Positions 57,558-64,000 of a DNA stretch of 64,000 bases are shown here, piece by piece. Within the stretch, counting starts at the first letter, position 1, and the number at the start of each line of letters is the position of its first letter. Position numbers and translations under genes: made by a program. The DNA comes from Planctomycetota bacterium (GTDB lineage: Bacteria; Planctomycetota; UBA1135; UBA2386): the NCBI GenBank assembly GCA_965223545.1, contig OZ245006.1:1184001-1248000 (forward strand), in the 5' to 3' direction. A model generated the notes under the pieces. That model did not search any database and was not told the DNA's origin. It saw only the letters and a program-made list of their open reading frames with translations.

Positions 57558-59057
57558 TCACCGCTTTTCGCGCTGCCCGCCCTCGTCGGCGGGGGGCGCC
57601 TGCGTGGGCCGCAGGATCAGCCAGGCGCGGGACGGCGTCGACACGGGCGGCGCCGGCGCCGCCGCCGCCCCAGGCCGTGGCGTTTCGGACCGTGGCGTTT
57701 CGGGCGGTGGCGTTTCGGGCGGTGGCGTCTTCGGCGGGGACGGCGCCGGGGCGGCGCGGGCATCGGCATCGTCGAACGCCCGCTGCTGCGCGCTGAAACT
57801 CAGCAGCTCCGCGTGCCCGAGTTGGCGGCGCACCGCGGTGAGATAGTTCTGCAGCGCATCGCGGCTGCCGGACACCTCGAAGGCCCAATCGCCAGGGCGC
57901 ACCGTGCTCCGCCACCGTTCGACGAAGGCACGCTCGACATCGAGGCCTACCGTCGCCGGTGGCGCCGGGAGCTGCGCATCGAGTTCGTTGTCGAAGCGCA
58001 GCACGCGCAACGCGTCGCGACCCGCGGGCACTTGCAGCGGGGACACCGAGACCCCCGCTCCGGCCAGCTGCTGCAGGCGAGGCAACCACCCGCCACCGCC
58101 ACCGACGCCGACGGTCTCGCCGAGCTTCAGCTTGAGTCCGATGCCTTGCTGTTCGTCTTGCGGTTCGCTCTGTTCCGATGGAGCCCTCAGAAACGCGCCC
58201 AAGACGTCGACGACGACGATCTCCGGCGCCTCGGGGACCGGGGGCGTTCCCGCTGGGCGCAGGTCCTTGCCCTGTTCGCCGGCATCACCGACGGGGGCGA
58301 CCCGCGCGCGGCGCCTCGCACCTCCCACGAAGAACTCGTCGCTGCTGGGTGCGGCGCCCTCCGGCTCGGACTCGGCCGCCGTCACGCCGACCGGCTGCGG
58401 CTCCTCCATCTCGGCCGGAACGGCCGGGGCCTCGGGCGCCGCGGGGCTCTCCAGTCGCAACTGGCGCTGCGCCAGCGTCTGCGTCTGCGCGCGCCCGCCC
58501 TCGGCCTGCTTGCGCTCCGCCTGCTCGCGAAAGCGCGCGACGCGTTCCTCGGCAGCCGCCAGCTCTTCGCGGACGGAGGCCCCGGCCGTCGGGCTCTCGC
58601 CGGCGCGCCCGAGCGACCTGGCCAGGTCCTCGCTCCGGTCGGCCAGCTCGCCGAAGCCGCGCTCGGCCTTGTCGAGATTCGCCACCCCCGCCTCGGGCGC
58701 GCGCGCCGTCTCGCGCGAGTCCGCCGGGACGAGCGGATCACGCCACACCCCCCAGAGCGCGATGGCCAGCAGCCCCGTCGCGGCCACCGCCCCCCACCCG
58801 GTCCATCGCGACCAGGCGTGCACGGTGCCGCCGGAACCGGTCCCGGCGTTTGCCATCACCACGTCGGCGAGATCGAGCGGGGCCCGCGCCGCCAGGCTCG
58901 GACGGATGAGGGCCACCGTGCGCCGGTAGTCTGCGAAGCGCTGCGCCAACTCCGGGTCCGCGGCCAGCGTCGCCTCCAACTCCGCACGCTCCTCGTCCGT
59001 CAAGCGGTCATCGAGGTAGTCGGCAAAGCGCTCGTCGAGCTGTTCTGGCGGCGGCAT
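57558..59057 (-). CDS. Anti-sigma-factor-like membrane protein
   Basis: N-terminal DYLDDRLTDEERAELE..LAADPEL anti-sigma-type helix bundle lacking Zn ligands, one TM helix, low-complexity periplasmic part. Confidence 0.65.
   Translation of the reverse strand: MPPPEQLDERFADYLDDRLTDEERAELEATLAADPELAQRFADYRRTVALIRPSLAARAPLDLADVVMANAGTGSGGTVHAWSRWTGWGAVAATGLLAIALWGVWRDPLVPADSRETARAPEAGVANLDKAERGFGELADRSEDLARSLGRAGESPTAGASVREELAAAEERVARFREQAERKQAEGGRAQTQTLAQRQLRLESPAAPEAPAVPAEMEEPQPVGVTAAESEPEGAAPSSDEFFVGGARRRARVAPVGDAGEQGKDLRPAGTPPVPEAPEIVVVDVLGAFLRAPSEQSEPQDEQQGIGLKLKLGETVGVGGGGGWLPRLQQLAGAGVSVSPLQVPAGRDALRVLRFDNELDAQLPAPPATVGLDVERAFVERWRSTVRPGDWAFEVSGSRDALQNYLTAVRRQLGHAELLSFSAQQRAFDDADARAAPAPSPPKTPPPETPPPETPRSETPRPGAAAAPAPPVSTPSRAWLILRPTQAPPADEGGQREKR
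57675..57734. repeat. 15-bp coding tandem repeat x4 (P[E/K]TP[P/R])
   Basis: ccgtggcgtttcgga / ccgtggcgtttcggg / cggtggcgtttcggg / cggtggcgtcttcgg. Confidence 0.85.
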
Positions 59058-59140
59058 GGTCGAATCGAGTCAGTCGACGCGTTCAAAGGGTGGCGCCTGC
59101 GCGCCGCCGGGACAACGGCGCGCCGGCGTTCCCCCCACAA

Positions 59141-59166
59141 AACCCGCAATTCCGGGGCGGGGTTCC
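59141..59166 (-). promoter_or_regulatory. Candidate ECF-sigma promoter
   Basis: Minus strand GGAAC-N18-GTT, about 85 nt upstream of the anti-sigma-like gene. Confidence 0.35.
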
Positions 59167-59241
59167 CACCAACAGCCATTTCGGCCGCGGCCGGGGCCGA
59201 CAAAAGGCTCTGTCTCTCCGAGCCTCCGGCCCGCAGGCCGA

Positions 59242-60077
59242 TCAGGGGAGCACCTCGTTGAGGGCCCCGCTGCGGTAACCCCGCAGATCGAGGGCGGCGT
59301 GGACGTAGCCGACCTCGCGCAGGGCCTCGCAGATCGCCAATCGCTCCCGCAGCGCCGTCTCCAGCTCTTCCGGCAACAGCTCCACGCGCGCCACTTCGCC
59401 GTGGTGGCGCACGCGGCACTGGGAGAAGCCCATCGCCCGCAAGGCCGACTCGGCGGCCTCGATCTTGGCCAGCATCGCGGCGTCGATGGAGGTGCCGTAC
59501 GGAACCCGCGACGCCAGGCACGCCATCGCCGGCTTGGACGCGGTCGGCAACCCGTGCGCGCGGCTGTAGCGCCGCACCTCTTCCTTGCCGATTCCGGCAG
59601 CTGCCAGCGGCGCCAGCACGCCGCGCTCGGCGGCCGCGCGCGCCCCGGGCCGGTGGTCGCCCAGGTCATCGGCGATGGCGCCGAAGAGCACCGGCCACGC
59701 CGCCTCGACGCGCCCGCCGAGGTGGGCGGCAATCCGCTCGAACAGCTCGCTCTTGCAGTGGTAGCAGCGATCGGGCCCGTTGCGCACGTAGTCGGCAGAC
59801 GCCAGCTCGCCGGTGGCCAACACCACATGCCGGGCGCCGATGCCGACCGCCAACCGCTGCGCATCCGCCAGCTCGGCGCGGGGTAGCGACGGCGAATCGG
59901 CGGTCACTGCCAGCACATCGTCGCCGAGCACTCGAACGCACGCGTGCAACAGCGCCGTCGAATCGACCCCGCCGGAGAAGGCGACCACCGCTCCCGGCAG
60001 CGCCGCCAGCTGCGCGTCGACCGGCGCCCAGGCCGCGCTGTGCGCCGCGCCAGAGGGCGCCGGATCTCCGCGCGCGA

Positions 60078-60081
<4 letters not shown>
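59242..60081 (-). CDS. larE: ATP-dependent sulfur transferase LarE
   Basis: VAFSGGVDS, RCYHCK, DDLGDHRPG, CLASRVPYG, RVRHHG..ARVE, LDLRGYRSG.LN; start overlaps the dipeptidase stop. Confidence 0.93.
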
Positions 60082-61358
<1,277 letters not shown>

Positions 61359-61454
61359 GGCGTGTTCCAAGGAGCCTGTCGGTGGACGAAGCAGCGTAGG
61401 GGATCCGGGCCGGTGGAAAAGCTCCGGCCAGGTCCCGGTCACCGCCGCTCCGGC

Positions 61455-61976
61455 TCAGAGATACGACCGCGCCCGCTCGACGTAGTGCGCTGCCCGCCAG
61501 TGCATGGCCTCGACCTCGGCATCGGCAACCGGCCGCACCACTCGACCCGGCAGGCCCAAGACCACCGAGCGCGGCGGGATCACGGCGTTCTCCGGCACCA
61601 GCGCTTTGGCGCCGATGATGCAGTGATCGCCGATCCGAGCCCCACTGAGCACACACGCTCCCATTCCGATCAGGCAGTAATCACCGATCTCGATGCCGTG
61701 CAGGATGCAGGCATGGCCGACGGTGACGCCGCGACCGATGCGCAACGGCGCCTCCAGGTCGACGTGCACGACCGTGTTGTCTTGCACGTTGGTGGATTCG
61801 CCGATCTCGATCGCGGCGTCATCGGCGCGGACCGTGACGCCAAACCAGATGCTGCTGTCGCGACCGAGCCGGACGTCGCCGACGACCGTGGCGTTGTCGG
61901 CGATCATCGCTTCGCCGCGACGCCGCAACCGACCGGCCATGTCGGGAAACACCTTGAACTCGCGTTCGTCGCTCAT
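61455..61976 (-). CDS. Gamma-carbonic-anhydrase family (hexapeptide repeat) protein
   Basis: VGDV.LG..SSIWFG..VRAD, TNVQDN.VVH, VTVGH..ILHG; start re-assigned to MSDEREF. Confidence 0.92.
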   Translation of the reverse strand: MSDEREFKVFPDMAGRLRRRGEAMIADNATVVGDVRLGRDSSIWFGVTVRADDAAIEIGESTNVQDNTVVHVDLEAPLRIGRGVTVGHACILHGIEIGDYCLIGMGACVLSGARIGDHCIIGAKALVPENAVIPPRSVVLGLPGRVVRPVADAEVEAMHWRAAHYVERARSYL

Positions 61977-62641
61977 CGATAGACCCAGTCGAGGGTGTGC
62001 GGATACCACGCGGTGACCGCCACCGTTGTGCTGTTGTGAATCGCGTGCGCCGCGACCGGCGCGGCCAGGCCGGCGGTGCGCTGGAACAACCAACCGAACC
62101 AGGCGCCGAGCAACGCCACGGGAAACGCGTAGTCGAGCCCATGGAACAGCCCGAAGACGACCGAGGCCACGCCGACCGCAGCCCACGGCTGCAACCAGCG
62201 CGCCAACCAACTCTGCAGGAAGCCGCGGAAGACGATCTCCTCGACCAAGGGAGCCAACAGACACACGGTCAACAGGACGACCAACGTCTGTGACAACCCC
62301 GGCGAGTCGGCGAAGAACTCCAACAGCGGCTGTGGCTCGAGCGAGCCGCCCAAGGCCCGCAAGGCCGCCGGATAGCCGATCAACGCGATCGGCACCCATC
62401 CGCAGAGAAACGCGAGGTAGCTGGCGAGCACAACCCTCAAGCGCAGAGCTCCCACGGTCGCCGGCGGAGGAAAGACCAAGAACGCAACCGCGGCGAACGC
62501 CAGCCCGACCGCCTGCGCGGCCCCGATCGCAGCGGGGCTCGGCTTCGCTCCCGGAGCAACGGTCGCGAGCCCGACCCCCGCCAGCATCGACGCCCCCAGG
62601 TAGATGCAGAACGCCGCGAGGACTCGGTGCCCGGTCGACAC
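61973..62641 (-). CDS. CPBP/Abi-family intramembrane metalloprotease
   Basis: APLVEEIVFRG, FGLFH, HAIHN; GTG start 2 nt after the thiG stop. Confidence 0.9.
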   Translation of the reverse strand: MSTGHRVLAAFCIYLGASMLAGVGLATVAPGAKPSPAAIGAAQAVGLAFAAVAFLVFPPPATVGALRLRVVLASYLAFLCGWVPIALIGYPAALRALGGSLEPQPLLEFFADSPGLSQTLVVLLTVCLLAPLVEEIVFRGFLQSWLARWLQPWAAVGVASVVFGLFHGLDYAFPVALLGAWFGWLFQRTAGLAAPVAAHAIHNSTTVAVTAWYPHTLDWVYR

Positions 62642-62643
62642 GT

Positions 62644-63447
62644 CTACTCGCCGGCGACGGCGATCATGCCCTCGGTCGGCGAGGACGCGGAGGCGTAGCG
62701 CCGCTTGGGCATGCGACCCGCCAGGTACGCATCGCGCCCGGCCTCGCACGCGGCGCGCATGGCGCGCGCCATGCGCACCGGATCGCGCGCCAATGCGACA
62801 CCGGTGTTGAGCAGCACTCCGTCGGCGCCGAGCTCCATCGCGATGGCGACGTCGGACGCGGTACCGACACCGGCGTCGATCAGGATCGGCACGGTGGCGC
62901 GTTCCAAGATGATGCTCAGGTTGTTCGCGTTGAGGATGCCCTGGCCCGAGCCGATCGGCGCGCCGGCCGGCATCACCGCGGCGACGCCGACGTCCTGCAA
63001 CCGCGTCGCCAACACCGGGTCGTCGCTGGTGTAGCACAGCACGGTAAAGCCCTCGCGGACCAAGACCTCCGCCGCTTGCAGCGTGCCGACCGGGTCGGGC
63101 AGCAGGGTCTGACGGTCACCGAGCACCTCGAGCTTGACCAGCTCCGACATGCCGGCCTCGCGCCCCAGCCGGGCGGTGCGCACGGCGTCGTCGGCGTCGA
63201 AGCATCCGGCGGTGTTGGGCAACAGCACGTAGCGCTCGCGGTCGAGGTAGTCGAGCAGCGTCTTGCCCTCCGGCACCCCGAGCTGCATGCGGCGCACGGC
63301 CACCGTCACGCACTGCGTGCCGGATTCGGCCAACGCCTCGCGCATGACCTCGAGGTCCTCGTACTTGCCCGTGCCCAAGAACAACCGCGAGCCGAACGTG
63401 TGCGGCCCGATCTTCAGCGGACGGTCGGTCGGCAGCGCGTCCGACAT
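62644..63447 (-). CDS. thiG: Thiazole synthase
   Basis: [39 protein letters not shown]...AMELG.DGVLLNT, ASSP. Confidence 0.97.
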   Translation of the reverse strand: MSDALPTDRPLKIGPHTFGSRLFLGTGKYEDLEVMREALAESGTQCVTVAVRRMQLGVPEGKTLLDYLDRERYVLLPNTAGCFDADDAVRTARLGREAGMSELVKLEVLGDRQTLLPDPVGTLQAAEVLVREGFTVLCYTSDDPVLATRLQDVGVAAVMPAGAPIGSGQGILNANNLSIILERATVPILIDAGVGTASDVAIAMELGADGVLLNTGVALARDPVRMARAMRAACEAGRDAYLAGRMPKRRYASASSPTEGMIAVAGE

Positions 63448-63450
63448 GGC

Positions 63451-63672
63451 TCACCCACCTCCGACGAAGGTGACGATCTCGAGGCGGTCGCCGTCGGCGA
63501 GCTCGGTCGAAGCCAAGCGGGCGCGCGGCACCAGCTCGCGGTTGCGCTCGACCGCCACTTGGCGGCGATCCACGCCCAGGTGCTCGAGCAGGCCGTCGAC
63601 CGTCATCGGTCCGACGACGCGGACCGCGTCACCGTTGACGGTCAGGTCGAGGCTGGGTTCGGCGGAAGACAT
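63451..63672 (-). CDS. thiS: Sulfur carrier protein ThiS
   Basis: [26 protein letters not shown]. Confidence 0.96.
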   Translation of the reverse strand: MSSAEPSLDLTVNGDAVRVVGPMTVDGLLEHLGVDRRQVAVERNRELVPRARLASTELADGDRLEIVTFVGGG

Positions 63673-64000
63673 CGAAGAGTGGCGCTAGGCCGGACATCGT
63701 GCCAGAGCAACTCTCTTCGCGCCACGGTCGCCACCGGAACCGAGCGCCTCTCGGGACCGACCGGCGCGTCCCCCATGCTGAACGATGGTCTTGGAGTCAC
63801 GAGCCCCGCGTAGCAACCGGTGCCCGGCAGTGGCGCGATGCCCAACTCGACATGGGCCTGCCCTCCAGCGTGGACATGCCGGTCAGACTGGGCTGCGCCA
63901 CGGCGCCCTGGGGCGACGAGCAGGACCAGAACTGGTGCGAAAAAGAGCGACCGCAACCGGAGGGGCCGGCGCCGAAAAAGCACCCGGCGGAAGATCGCAT

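Noticed and set aside
63673..64000. TPP riboswitch or additional CDS upstream of thiS
   Set aside because: Aptamer consensus not found; the short ORFs lack recognisable motifs; the window ends here

Overview
Very GC-rich bacterial window. Gene content suggests a Planctomycetota-type genome; this is inference from the ECF-sigma fusion proteins, FG-GAP/ELWxxDGT/SBBP repeat proteins, DUF6259 and a sulfatase. Left arm (minus strand): the 5' end of pnp with an unusual Lys/Ala-rich tail, rpsO, a lipoprotein, a queC variant, a large Ig-like lipoprotein, an MlaE/F/D + PqiC-type ABC set and a stand-alone C-A-T-TE NRPS. Divergent from these are two TPR proteins that share a repeated module. Centre (about 18.5-57.5 kb): an accessory region of secreted enzymes and beta-propeller proteins (GH9, SBBP pseudogene, ELWxxDGT, FG-GAP, aspartyl protease-PDZ, sulfatase, DUF6259, six-hairpin glycosidase-like). 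It also holds two ECF-sigma/TM/extracellular-domain fusions, two SxxC thioredoxin-TPR paralogs, a POT transporter with a large insertion, one intact IS1634-family element and a dispersed 29-bp repeat pair. Right arm (minus strand): anti-sigma-like protein, larE, dipeptidase, gamma-carbonic-anhydrase family, CPBP protease, thiG, thiS. Strongest candidate for an undescribed system: six unrelated secreted proteins end in the same ~110-130 aa beta-rich C-terminal domain, and most signal peptides are followed by Gln. Together these resemble a T9SS-CTD-like sorting system. All calls are by eye; no database searches were run, and some start codons were re-assigned from the ORF track.
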